DNA of 64,000 bases from Heteronotia binoei (Eukaryota): assembly GCF_032191835.1 (NCBI RefSeq), contig NC_083223.1, positions 72,044,001 through 72,108,000 of the forward strand, written 5' to 3'. Shown one piece after another: positions 25,508 through 38,189 of this stretch (the stretch's first letter is position 1; every line of letters starts with the position of its first letter). Made by a program: the position numbers and the translations under genes. A model generated the notes under the pieces. That model ran no database searches and had not been told where the DNA came from. It saw only the letters and a list, made by a program, of their open reading frames with translations.

Positions 25508-26326
25508 TGGATTACAAATTATTGTCTTGGAATGTTAATGGACTAAATTCACCACAAAAAAGAAGGGCAACATTTCACTGGATTAAAAAACAAAACTGTA
25601 ATATAATTTGCTTGCAAGAAGTACATATTAAACAAAAGGATTATAAATTTTTATGGAATAAACAATTGAGAGTAGAGTTTTTCTCACTAGCTGAACAGAA
25701 GAAAAGTGGAGTAGTTTTATATATTAAACAAGAATTGGAGCCAAAATTAGTATTTAAAGACAAGGATGGAAGATTTGTAGCAGTGGAGATAATATTAAAT
25801 GGGAAAAAAAAACGTTGTTATTGAGACTGTATGCGCCTAATGGTGCAAAGGATGCCTTTTTAAAAGACATTATACAACAATTTGATGAGTTGACTTATGA
25901 TCAAGTATTGCTAATGGGTGACTTTAATGGAACAGTTAAGAATTCATTGGATAGATATGGAGGGGGAAAAATGATGGGAAAGAAGGGAAATTGCCAAAAT
26001 CTTTTTTTGAATTGGTTAAACAAGAAATTTTAGAAGATATATGGAGGAAATTTAATCCTGAAGTGCAGAACTATACTTTTTTTTCAGCAAGACATAAAAC
26101 TTTCTCTAGAATTGACATGCTGTGGGGAACTAAAGACTTAAGTCTTATAACAAGGAAAATAGAGATTTTACCTAAAATTGGGGCCGACCATAACCCAATA
26201 ATGTGGATTACAAAATTGTCCAAGAAATTGTGAAGATGGAGATTGAATGAAGATTTGCTACAGAATAAAGAAACAGTGACATTTCTAGAAAAGTAAACTA
26301 AAGCTTTTTTCCAAGTGAATGATAAA

Positions 26327-27419
26327 CATCTATATGCGACCTCTTGCCCAGATTGCCCGGAGGTACGGGCTGGGATGCCACCAGTATGCTGATGACACCC
26401 AGCTCTATCTACTTATGGACGGCCGACCGGTCTGCGCCCCAGAGAACCTAGATCAGGCATTACAGGCCGTGGCTGAGTGGCTCAGACTGAGTGGACTGAC
26501 ACTGAATCCTGCGAAGACAGAGGTCCTTTGTTTGGGCCGTCGGGGGCCGGAGGGGGAAATCCCCCTGCCAACTTTTGACGGTGTACCGCTGAGGCCGGCG
26601 GACAGGGTCAAAAGCCTGGGGGTGCTATTGGAGCCGTCCCTAAAGATGGAGGCTCAGATAGCGGCCACTGCCAAGTCCGCGTTTTTTCATCTTAGACGGG
26701 CAAGGCAGTTGGCCTCCTTCCTGGACCCCGACGACCTAGCAACAGTGATCCACGCTACGGTCACCTCGAGGTTGGATTACTGCAATGCCCTCTACATGGG
26801 GCTGCCCCTGTGCCGGACCCGGAAATTGCAGCTGGTGCAGAATGCCGCGGCCCGGCTGTTATTGGGCCTCCCAAGATGGGGACACATTCGGCCGGGTCTT
26901 CGGGCTCTGCACTGGCTTCCAATAACATACCGGGTCCGGTACAAGGTGCTGGTCATTACCTTTAAAGCCCTATATGGCCTCGGACCTGCCTACCTGAGGG
27001 ACCGTCTCTCCCCACACGTTCCCCAGAGAGTACTGAGGTCTGGCACCCAAAATCTCCTTAATATCCCTGGGCCCAAGGAAGTGCGTCTCAAGACAACTCG
27101 AGACAGGGCCTTTTCTACAATGGCCCCTATGTGGTGGAACCAGCTACCGGAAGAGGTGAGGGCCCTGCGGGATCTTACTCAGTTCCGCAGGGCCTGTAAG
27201 ACGACCCTCTTCCGGTTAGCTTACGCCTGACTGGACTGATGTAGCTCTCTAGATATCTGTGATTACCGTATAGTTAATACTAGTTTTAAGGTTTTTAAGG
27301 TTTTTAGGTTTTTAAATGTTTGATTTAAATGTAACTATCTTATTCCGATTTTATTGTTTTATTGTTTGTTGTAAGCCGCCCTGAGCCACTCGTGGGAAGG
27401 GCGGGATATAAATCCCGGA

Positions 27420-27486
<67 letters not shown>
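26327..27486 (+). mobile_element. Young 5'-truncated L2 LINE inserted in L1 ORF2
   Basis: Uninterrupted ~300-aa frame to 27230 (YADDTQLY, LNPAKTE, RLDYCNAL, WWNQLP); GC/CpG-rich; gataaa on both sides (26321-26326 and 27483-27488); removal restores L1 frame QVNDK|EDIDFQTVWDAYKAVMRG. Confidence 0.95.
27419..27486 (+). repeat. (GATA)n microsatellite, ~16 units, forming the L2 tail
   Basis: Direct reading of the sequence. Confidence 0.95.
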
Positions 27487-27487
<1 letters not shown>

Positions 27488-30400
27488 AGAAGATATTGAT
27501 TTTCAGACAGTCTGGGATGCTTATAAAGCAGTAATGAGAGGAGTGTTGATTACTTTGAATAATAAAGCCAAAAGAAGAAAAGAAAAAGTTAGTGGACATT
27601 CAAAATGAAATAAAGAAAAAGGAAGGGGAGCTGAGAAAAAGACCAGGGAAAAAGAAAATCTTAAGGGAAATTACAATATTACAAACTCAATTGAGACATT
27701 TGTTGAATAAAGAAGTGGAATGGAATTTGAAAAGACTTCAGCAGAAATTCTTTGAGGGAGTAAATAAACCAGGAAAATATCTGGCTTGGCAATTGAAGAA
27801 GAAGAGAAAAAACAGAATTATTAACAGAATTGTGGTAGATGGAAGAGAAGTGGTTACTCAAGAAGGAATAAAGAGAGAATTTTTAAGTACTATGCCAAAC
27901 TGTTTAAAGGTGTCAAAATAAAGAGAAGATGGATGAATATCTACAAAAGTTAAAATAGAACCTCTAACTGAAAATATGAGAAAAGTTTTGAATGGTCCAA
28001 TAGAAAAGATAGAAATTGAAGCAGCAATCAACGCAATGAAAAATGGAAAAGCTCCTGGGCCAGATGGATATACAGCTAAATATTTTAAAACTCTTAAGGA
28101 TGAATTAATACCAAAATTGCAGAAGCTGATGAATATAATAAGAATAAAAGGGAATGTACCAAATACATGGAAAGAAGCTGTTATTTCCTTGATACTTAAA
28201 GAAGATAGAGATGCCACGAATGTAAAGAACTACAGACCAATTTCGTTATTAAATAATGACTATAAAATATTTACAAGAATCTTGGCAGAACGGCTTAAAC
28301 AACATTTGATAAATTTTGTAAAGGAAGATCAAGCAGGGTTTCTTCCCAAAAGACAAATAAGAGACAATATTAGGACTGTTGTAAATATTGTAGAATATTA
28401 TGAAAGACATCCAGAAAAAGAAGTAGCATTATTCTTTGCAGATGCAGAGAAAGCATTTGACAATTTAAGCTGGGACTTTATGTTTGCTGTAATTGAAAAG
28501 ATGGAGTTGGGAGAAAGCTTTATAAGAATGACAAAAGCAATATACTCTGAACAAAGGGCAAGGTTGTGTGTTAATGCAGACCTCACAGAAGAAATGAAAA
28601 TTAGTAAAGGTACTAGACAAGGTTGTCTACTTTCACCATTGTTGTTTATAATGACTCTTGAAATTTTATGCAGATTCAAGAAGAAAAAGATATAGGTTTA
28701 CGAATAAAAGGATGTACTTACAAATATAGAGAATTTGCTGATGACATAATGTTTATAAATGAAAACCCCATACAAGTTACACCTTTGTTGTTAATGAAAA
28801 TACAAGAATATGGGGAGTTGGCAAGACTTTCTATAAATAGAGAAAAATCAAAAATTTTGTGTAAGAATATGCAGTTGAATAGACAACAAGAATTACAAAG
28901 ATTAACGGGCTGTGAAGTTACCTCTAAGGTAAAGTACCTAGGGGTGGAGATAACAACGAAAAACATTGATCTGTTTAAAAATAATTATGAGAAGTTATGG
29001 CATAAAATGGATGAAGATATGCTAAAATGGAACAAGCTTAATTTGTCATTGCTGGGTAGAATATCTGCAATAAAAATGGATATTCTACCAAGGATAATGT
29101 ATTTGTTTCAAACTATTCCTATTGTGAAGGATGCCAAACAATTTGATAAATGGCGTAGGAAAATTTCAGAATTTGTGTGGGCCGGGAAGAAGCCAAGGAT
29201 TAAAATGAAAATTCTTTCAGATGCAAAAGAGAGAGGCGATTTCAACTACCAGATTTAAAATTATATCATGAAGCAGTTTGTTTAGTATGGATGAAAGAAT
29301 GGATAACGCTGTTAAACAAAAAACTTTTAGTGTTGGAAGGCCACGGAAATAAATTTGGCTGGCACGCATATTTGTATTATGGAAAAAAGAAGATGATTGG
29401 TCTTTTCTCTCACCATTATATAAGGAGCAATTTATTAAATACATGGATAAAATATAAGAAATATGGAGATGAGAGAAGACCTTTATGGATTGTGTCAGCT
29501 GAAGTGATAAAGATAACGGATAAGACAGGCGAAGAAAAGTGGCTGTCATATAATCAATTATTAAAAATACAAAGTGGGAAAATAGAACTGAAGACTGCTG
29601 AAGAATTGAATCATAAATATTATTGGTTTCAAATGCAACAAATAAAAAGCTTGGTGGAGAATGACATTAAAACTGAAAGAATAAGGAAAGAACAAACAGA
29701 AATGGAAAAAGTTCTGCTTGGAGACAATGAGAAACTAATTTCAAAAGTATATAAATTACTTTTACAATGGTCTACAGAAGATGAAGTAATGAAATCTCAA
29801 ATGATAAATGGGCAATCAATGTAAATAAAGAAATAAAGATGGAATCTTGGGAATATTTGTGGAAGAACTCTATGAAACTCGCAACATGTCAAAGTATTAA
29901 AGAAAACTGTTTTAAGATGATGTATAGATGGTATATGACTCCTAAAAAATTAGCAAAGATGCCAGACAGGTGTTGGAAATGTAAAAAGCATGAAGGTTCT
30001 TTCTACCATATGTGGTGGACTTGTGAAAGAGCTAAAACATTTTAGCAGATGATCCAGCAAGAGATTTCTAATATCTTGGGATATGAGTTTAACAAAGTTG
30101 CAGAGACTTTTCTGTTGGAATTACAAATGGAAAAATTTCCCAAAGAAGATAGAACTTTAATTTGGTACTTGCTCTCAGCTGCTAAGACATTGTATGCGCA
30201 GTTGTGGAAGCAAAAAAAAACAAAAAACCAGAGAAATGGGACTGGATTATAAAAGTTATGTCATGGAGTGAAATGGACAAATTAACAAGAATATTAAGAG
30301 ACTATGATTTAGAACTTTTTAAGTTGGAGTGGAAGAAGTTCAGAAGATACGTAGAAAAAGAGTGGAAAATAAAGGGACACTGGACAATCTTTGATAATGA

Positions 30401-31939
30401 TTAAGTTTTTAAAATAAGAGTATAACTTTTGGTTCTTTAATAGTTAAGGGTAACTTTAATATTTGTTTTTCCTTAAGTAAATAACACTGGCGGGGGTCAA
30501 GTAAGGGGGGGAGGGGTGGGGGAAAAGTAAGATATGGGGTAGATAAATTTTTCTTTTTTAAGTTATAAGATATAGATATAGTTTTGCTACCATATGTTAC
30601 TAATAAAAATTGTTTATTAAAAAAAAAAAAACCAAGGACCAGGGCCTTTTTGGTCCGTGCCCCTACTTGGTGGAATGAGCTCCCCTTGGGAATTTGAGCC
30701 CTATGGGACTTGTAAAAGTTCCGCAGGGGTTGCAAGATGGAGCTCTTCCGCCAGGCTTTTAACTGAATTCAGTGGGCATCCCTTTGAATATCATCACTTC
30801 CCCCCACCACCACCATTTTACACTCATGGTGCTTGTATGAAGTTGACAGTCATTGGCATACATGCTGTTATACGTTTGCCACTTATGTCTGAAATAGTGT
30901 CTGTCTCTTCTGACTATGCTGCTCTGATTTATTGAAACTGTTTTATGGTGTTTTAATTCTGATGTTTACTTTTACTGTTATAAGCCACCCTGAGCCCACT
31001 TGCAGGATAGGGTGGGGTATAAATAAAAATAAATCAATTAAATTAAAGCAGTGCCCAGCCCAGATCTCAAGGTGGAGAGATTTAACACAAGTAATGTGTG
31101 TGTACAGTGCTGTCAAGTCGCAGCCAACTTCTGGTGATCCCAGCAAGGAGATTTCAAAGCAACTAAGAAGCAATAGTCTTCTGTATAGTCTTCCTTGGTG
31201 GTCTCCCTTCCAAGTACCAACCCTGCTCAGGTTCTTTTATCCAACAAGATCCGGCTATACCATGCCACCTTACCTCCCCCACGGGGAATAGGGAGACTCA
31301 AACAAAGAGAAATAGACATTAATATCAATGTAAATTTTAAAAATAGTAATTGGGCTCTCGCAATCAAATGAGGTGGTACAGTGCAGTTATAGCTTCCACT
31401 TCTCCCTGAATATAGAGATAGGCATGACTGACTGCCCTCAATGGAAAAATATCCCTACACAGAGAAATCAGCACATACAAGGAAAGTGCTAAAGGCAGCG
31501 GTGATTGCCATATGACACCTCAGTCAAGATGACAGAAGCCCCACTGATACTCTTCACAGGAGAGAAAGAACCTTCCCTGTGGGAACTGGGGTGGTCAGAG
31601 GACTGCATTTCTTAATGCTTGGGAGAGCCTTCTTCCCTTATAAATATAATCAGAGCAGCCAGAGATTTGTGCTTGGGACAGCAATGCTGAGGGCAGAAGT
31701 GGTTGCCATCTGAAGCCTCCATCAAGGCACCAGAAGCCCTTTGGTATTCCTCGCAGAGGAGATGGAACCTTCCCCCAGGGAGTGGGGGTGGTAGAACTCC
31801 AATATCTTCCCTCTATAAATTTCATCAGAGCAGGCAGATGCTGCATCTTCACTATACACGGGGGAGGGGGGTGCTAAGGACATCCTTAGAGCAATGCACA
31901 TTTTCTTCTTGGTCATCTGTTTCCTGGCTGTTATTTCAG

Positions 31940-31980
31940 AAGATCTGCAATTTGCGTATTTAAGATCATTATACTATAAG
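31940..31980 (+). CDS. Isolated exon-like segment (DLQFAYLRSLYYK)
   Basis: Long pyrimidine tract plus cag|, donor AAG|gtaggt, one open frame; no partner exons identified. Confidence 0.22.
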
Positions 31981-32439
31981 GTAGGTTTGAACTAATGGAA
32001 CTGAAGCTAATGCAAATCAACTGGGAATGTCTTTTGCCTAAAAGTCTAGCTGGAAGTAAAATTTTCAAACACAAAAGACAGCTGATTTTTGTGGCTTCAA
32101 ATGATTTTGGATTTATTCAGGAAATAGATTAATTGAAGACTGAAACTTATAAGACTGAAAACTGGCAATATATCTTTTGGGGACTATATGAACTGAAGAT
32201 TTAAATGAGAATCACAAGATAATGAATTTATCTATATTTATATATTAGCACATTATAGATGAGGAAGTGTTTTATAATTAATATCTGCCTTGTTTAGTGT
32301 TATGTTATGATTCTCCTGTGAATTATACAAGTAGGGGTGGGGGTTAGTATTTTTTGTATTTTTTTGTGTGCCTGTGAATGTGTACCTCGCAATCATGGTG
32401 ACCTCTGGTGACTGAACTCTACTGAGGGCATGGAGGATA

Positions 32440-32600
32440 TTCAGAGTGGTGGCTGAATAAGGCCTGTCCATGCCTCCAGCTCTGGTATTCCAAGGAGGTC
32501 CCCCATCCAAGTTCTTGCCTGAGTCCACCCTGCTTAGCTTCTGAAATCTGACAAGATCTGACAAGATCAGGCTTGGCTGACCTATCCAGGTCAGGGTCAG
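32440..32600 (-). mobile_element. 5S rRNA-derived SINE head (best-preserved copy)
   Basis: Reverse strand gatcttgtcagatttcagaagctaagcagggt...cttggatggggacctccttggaataccagagctggaggc aligns to 5S rRNA; too diverged for a functional 5S gene. Confidence 0.7.
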
Positions 32601-32699
32601 TAGGTTTATTATTCAATGAAGAGGTACATGAGAATGAATGTTTTAGTTCAATAACACTGAGGGTGTGGTAAGGTATCATATATTTAATTATTAGATGAA

Positions 32700-35120
32700 T
32701 TAGGACTTTTAAAAAACCAGGATGGTAAATAAGAATACCTTCAATAAGTATTTAATAAGTGCTCATATGCTAGTTTATGGAAGAACAACCATGTCAGATA
32801 AACAGGTTATTTTCAAAGCACTGCAAAGAAAATGGACATGAAAAATATGAACACTAGTGAAGAAGAACTGGTTAATAAACAGAATAAAATTGACTCATTA
32901 AGGAGCCTTTTTTCTAAGCTTTTTTTTAACTTAGAGGAGAGGCTTGTGTTAAAACTAGATGCAACAGATTTGAGAGGCAAATTATAAACACAGGAGAAAA
33001 ATTAGTAACTCTGCATGAAATATCAGAACCCAGCACAGAAAATAAATACATTAGAGATTAAGGTAGTGGAACAGAAAAGAAGACAGAGTTTTCAAATGAA
33101 TGCTGAAGCAGAAAGAAGACACTGTGTTCAAATTAGATAAATTTATCAGAATGTTTGAAAGGGATATATAATGAAGTGAAGAACCATAACTTGAAACTCA
33201 GATGGCTTCCAGAAAGAATTGAAAATAGTAGGATTTCTTAGGAAGAATGATACTTTTTAAAAAATTCAGAGGAAACAGACAGAATTCTGATAGGTATTCA
33301 GCAAACTGTTAGAAAAGGGGCTAAATCAGCTTAAAGGATTAAAAACATAGAGATATGTTAGTTACATTTTATCCCTAAGGGGGGAAAAAGGATTGGAAAA
33401 CAAACCTTGGAAAAGTGTTATTATGGAATTAAACAATCTGCATCCTGGGACTTTGACCAGAAGACATGAGTTAAAATTTTTAACTGAGCAGCTTCAGCAG
33501 AAAAAATATCAGACGTAGATGAGGTCTCCCCTTCAAATGGAGGGTGTTTGTCAAACAAGAATGGATTCAGTCTAAAGAGGAAACCCAATAATTATTGCAT
33601 GACCTAAGAGAATTATATATATAGGAATCCTTCAGTCATTTGAGTAGGTTAGATAGAAGATTCAGCAGGTTAATTTCCCAGCTTTGATCTGGCAACCCTA
33701 AAGGGAACTTATCTCTGTATCTGGGACATCTGTTATGATTCCAGGAGATCTTTAGCCCCCAGCCAGAAGTTGGCAACCCTATGAGAAGGAAGCAGGAAAA
33801 GGGGTATTACTATGAGGGCTTTCAGGGAAAAGAAAGATGAAATGCTAGGAGAGGAAGAAGAGAGATGCCTCCTGCAAGTCTTTTCAGGTTCCCACTTGTT
33901 AGTGTATATCTGACCAAAAAGTTACCTTTATCATCAGACAACTAAGCAAATAAAGATGACCCATCTCCCCCTGGATGCTGAGAAAGCCTTTGATTATGTT
34001 GAAAGGCATGTTTTAAACTATATCATGTTTTAAACTATTTTGACGTGCAGGACACAGTCTGGATTGGATCACTTTAATGTAATCACCCTAATGTAATCAC
34101 ACTCATTTGCTAAAGGTTGGATTAGTGGTTATCTTGCAGATAATTTTAAAATTATAGGATGTACAAAGGAATGATGTCCACTGTCTCTTCTCCTGCTCAC
34201 TCTTTATTAAACTCTTGCCATAGCAGTCTGGCAGATTAATATACATGGATTAAATATTGGCTAACCTTAAAATTATTTTATATGCAACAATGTGCTCTGC
34301 ACATTATTTGAACCACCACAATCTATACCAGGGCTGTTAGCTTTATTGGATAAGTATGATATGATTTCAGGCTGCAAGATAATTTCAGTATAATATAATT
34401 TTAGGCTGCAAGATTAATGTTAGTAAATCTGCAATGTTGAGCTTGAATGTAGCAGTAGAAAACAGCAACAGTCCAGTAGCACCTTAAAACTAACAAAATT
34501 TGTGGCAGGGTGTGAACTTTTGTGCGTCACCGCTCACTTCTTCAGTTACAGATAGGATGTGAGCCTATTCACTGTTAAGAGGTAGAATGGATTTGAGAAA
34601 TATGATGGATTTTGAAGAATGATGGAAGGCCGGCTAGTCTAATTTTAAAATCTCTGGTATATAGTCTGTGTTGCTCCATCTAGATGCCAATGGTTTTGTG
34701 AAAAGATGGGAAAAGGATATGGAGCAAGAAATATAGCTGAGTTGAACTGTATATGAAAAAAGGTATGGCCAAATGTGATTTTAACAGATTTGAAAGGTTT
34801 ATTAAAACACAGTTCCAGTATCTTATTGCTTCTCCATTTATCAAGCATCTATTCGAATCATTCAGACAAGTGTTGGAGGTATGGGGCTCTTAAAACAGAT
34901 TTAATACAAATTTATTGGAGCTGTCCATTGATCAAGATATTTTGAGCTGTATTTATTAGGGAAAGCGATAATATATTTGCTTCCTTTTGGTGCCAATGTA
35001 ACATTGTTATGCCATTTGGAAGGGAAACTAGCAAAAACAGACTTGAAAATGGTTCTTATACTTTTAACAAAGGCTAAAAGAAGTACATCAGTGAAAAAAT
35101 ATCTTATTTGGTGAATATGA
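32700..35120 (+). mobile_element. Ancient fragmented L1-clade LINE
   Basis: Remnants NHNLKLRWLPE (ORF1), LDAEKAFDYVE, CPLSLLL, SGCKIN and YWSCP-like motifs; large internal deletions. Confidence 0.7.
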
Positions 35121-36037
35121 AGGAATGATATTTGAGGATTTGGAAAGAAGAGAGAGGATAGGACCCAGGCAAGCCTTGAGGAGAAGGACATTCCCCGAAG
35201 TGCCACTTCTGAAAACAGATTTGTTGCTGGTTATCACCTGTATTTCCTATGAAAGTAGGGGGGGCAAGGAGAAAAGGGTTTTGAGGAGGATCTTAACTGA
35301 TGCATTGGCAGTCTTAAAGGAATAGTCCCTTGAAGTTCACCAAAACCTGGGAACACCATGCTGCAGTAGCACTTGCAGAGCTCACCACTAAAACACTGCT
35401 GAAAAAAGTTTTCAGGTGCAAGAATATTGACAGGAGTATGTTGAATCCTGCAGAAGCTAGCAGATTTCATTATGCATGCTGCTCTGCAACAAGGTCTTTG
35501 GCCAACTGTAGTTGATTGAACTTCCCACACTTATAGAGTTGCATAGCATACTGGGCATTAGTGAGTGGCTTCATGGACTTCTTGTTGAGTCCATGAATTT
35601 AGCAGAGTTTCCACTAATGCTTGACCTCCCTGACATCTGTTCTTGCATCTCTGAATCATCCACCTCACCTCCAGGCTACTCTTTCCTCTCAACTTCTATC
35701 CCTCCTTGTGATTCTACCCCCTCATGCATCTACCTCTCCTTGGTCAACAAGGTCTTCTGTCTTTCTCTTCTTCCTGAACTGAGGCTTACTGTGGTTCACC
35801 TGCACAGGGTGCATCTAGTGTCTTTGGAAGTTTTTTAGCATGTTTCAACATAGTTAACTAATTTAATAGTCAATTAAATCATGTTTCCACATTATTTCTA
35901 AACTGACACATTCATTTATTCTCTTTAGTGTAATCCTGCAGCACAAAGTTCACATCCAAAGGATGTAGCACTCAGTGGGCACCACAACCAATGCTTAAAG
36001 GATAAGCAACAAATACAGTTAGTCCAAAAAGTACTAA

Positions 36038-36227
36038 TCACAATCCACACAAGGCTTCATTCTGTTCTGGATTGCAGTTATTGAACACTGGGTCCATCAA
36101 ATGTTCAAACGAGAAACCATTCTGAATCCATCCACTATCATGAAGCATTAGCAAATGTTTGAGAGTCCTGTTTATAAAAATATTCTTTATTTGAACTTCA
36201 GCAGAAAGAAATGTTCTTAGAACAATC
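36038..36227 (-). CDS. Candidate terminal exon (IVLRTFLSAEVQIK...EALCGL*)
   Basis: Acceptor gtgtttag|G; phase 2 completes TGG with the 37.7-kb exon; 62 codons to TGA; AATAAA on the minus strand at ~35915-35920. Confidence 0.4.
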
Positions 36228-37705
36228 CTAAACACCTAAACACAGCATTTCTGCTTCATGACATGCCATTCATTAGATATCTGCATGATAAAATCCTTTT
36301 ATATTTCTGGAACAAATCTCTGGATTGATCTAGGGAAATGAATTGGCAGCATGGAAGATGAAGCTGCAGCAAAGTATTCATTTCATTTTCTCAGTTGTGA
36401 AATTTTCCTCCCAACACTATACACTTTATTTTGTTATGCTATTTGAAACTGAATCAAGCGTGGTCACTTAGGCACATCATTCAACCTCTGGTGCAATATT
36501 TCAGAAATGCACTCAATGAAATCAACTTTACCATGCATTTATATTTTATAGTCAAGCAAAGCAACTGTTACCAGGTTGTAGGACAAAAAGACACAAATTT
36601 CCTTTTTTCCCCTTTGCCGTCAAGTTACATCAGACTTAAGGGTTTTTAGGACAAGAAACATTCAGAGGTGATTTGCCAGTGCCTGCTTCTGTGTAGCAAT
36701 TCTGGCATTCCTTGGTGGTCTCCCATCCAAATACTGACCAGAGCCAACCTTGCTTAGCTTCTGAGATCTGACGAGAACAGTTTAGCCTGGGTTCTCCCAT
36801 TAAAATGTCTTTGACAGTTTCTGGTACAAAATATATTTAGAAATATCTGGCACTTTCAATGCATGCCTTAATACATGGACAAGGTTATTTCTACTCTTCA
36901 CTGATTACAATCTAAATGTGGTTCGGGTTCATTAAATAATTGTATTACATTGTCATCTTTTATTTATTTATTATTTATTTATTACTTTAGTCTTCTATCC
37001 TGCCCTCTCCGCAAGCAGACTCAGGAGTTGCAGGCAAAAAACATCTGGAGAGCTACCGTTGGCCACCCCTGTAGTTTATCATATGTTGTACTCTGCCCTG
37101 AGCCCTACGGGGAATGGGCAGAAGAGAAATATACTAACATAAATAAAAATACAAATAAATTTTCCCCTTTATCTTTTCATCTCCCCCCTTTTTTATTATA
37201 CATTGTTCAAGAAACAGAATAAAAGATACTGGGGGGCTTGAATGGGGTAAGGAAGTAGTGTGGCTTTTAAAAATCCGTTACACTTTACATTTACCCTAAT
37301 GATCTCCATGGTAGTTTCCAGAAGGCATATAGCTGGCCATAGCTGAAAACAGGATGCTGGACTGGATGTACTTTTATTCTGGCCAAGCCAGATTCTAATA
37401 CATTTCATAGTATAGTTCTGAATTGCTGGCATCTTCTCGATAGCATGAAAGCTGAAATAAACAGCTTCTCAAGTCAGTTTATTGGGCAGGATTGTAACAG
37501 TCTGATTTGAATGTTTAAGCTGTGACACGACAACCACAAAAAACACTAATTCCAGAGGGTTAGTCAAGTTAGCCTTCTGCAGCAAAACAAGTGTCTTGCA
37601 ATATCTAAAGAATGCAGTGAGATGACTCTTTGCACTAGTTAACTGTAAATGTTTACCACTTTCCAAAATGAATTCACACCATGAATACCCAAAAATGAAA
37701 ACTAC

Positions 37706-37756
37706 CATTTCAGATCATCAGACACAGAATGAGTTTTTCCTTCTAAAATTTCCAGT
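37706..37756 (-). CDS. Candidate exon (LEILEGKTHSVSDDLK-W)
   Basis: Strong acceptor cctcctcctgcttttgcag|A; donor TG|gtagtt; phase 2-2. Confidence 0.45.
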
Positions 37757-38189
37757 CTGCAAAAGCAGGAGGAGGCCAGAAAACAACCAGCTTGCTCCAT
37801 ACCCAAGGAGGAGCACATAGCAGGCAGCAGAGGGAAGGGTCTCAAGTTCAACTATACAGGGAACCTCTGACCTTCAGGCAGGGATCACATGAGAACACAT
37901 GGGGGGGATGGGAGGAACAATTTGGGAATTTGTTTGGGGGAAGAGGAAGAGTGATGTGTGAGATCCGGGGAGAGGGGGGAAGACCAGTCAAATGGAAAAG
38001 AAAAGTAGACACATGAACAGTCAGAACCCTCCCCCCCCCCCGAAACTTTAAAATATAGCCTACCACTTAAATCATCATCACAGGTGATAAGAATTAGACC
38101 CAGAATGAGAGATACATAAATCACCATTTTTATTCTCAGTTGTTCAGATGTTGTTAGAAGCAGCATTGCAGGGGCATTTTCGGCAGGAA

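Larger units (their letters stand above)
25504..30404 (+). pseudogene. L1 ORF2p (APE endonuclease, RT, CCHC), frameshifted and interrupted by the L2
   Basis: SWNVNGLN, CLQEVH, GDFN, SRIDM; GPDG, YRPISLLNND, DAEKAFD, GTRQGCLLSP, FADD; CWKC..HMWWTC, distributed over several frames. Confidence 0.95.
23537..30632 (+). mobile_element. Full-length but inactivated L1-clade LINE
   Basis: 15-bp TSD caaggaccagggcct (23522-23536 and 30633-30647); ~1.2-kb 5' UTR; ORF1; ORF2; AATAAA at 30602 and a poly(A) tail. Confidence 0.95.
23393..31030 (+). mobile_element. Old L2 3' end split by the L1 insertion (halves 23393-23536 and 30633-31030)
   Basis: Left half reads VLRSAS..GVPGPK..ASTRTRA; right half resumes ..APTWWNELP..FRQAFN* and continues to an L2 3' terminus. 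Confidence 0.85.

Noticed and set aside
24981-29549. Antisense ORFs over the L1 (e.g. 25156-25446, 27858-28217)
   Set aside because: Expected shadow frames of an A-rich coding strand; no independent evidence.
32440-32600. Functional 5S rRNA gene
   Set aside because: Multiple substitutions and an internal duplication, no tandem array, and a SINE-like tail; treated as a SINE head.
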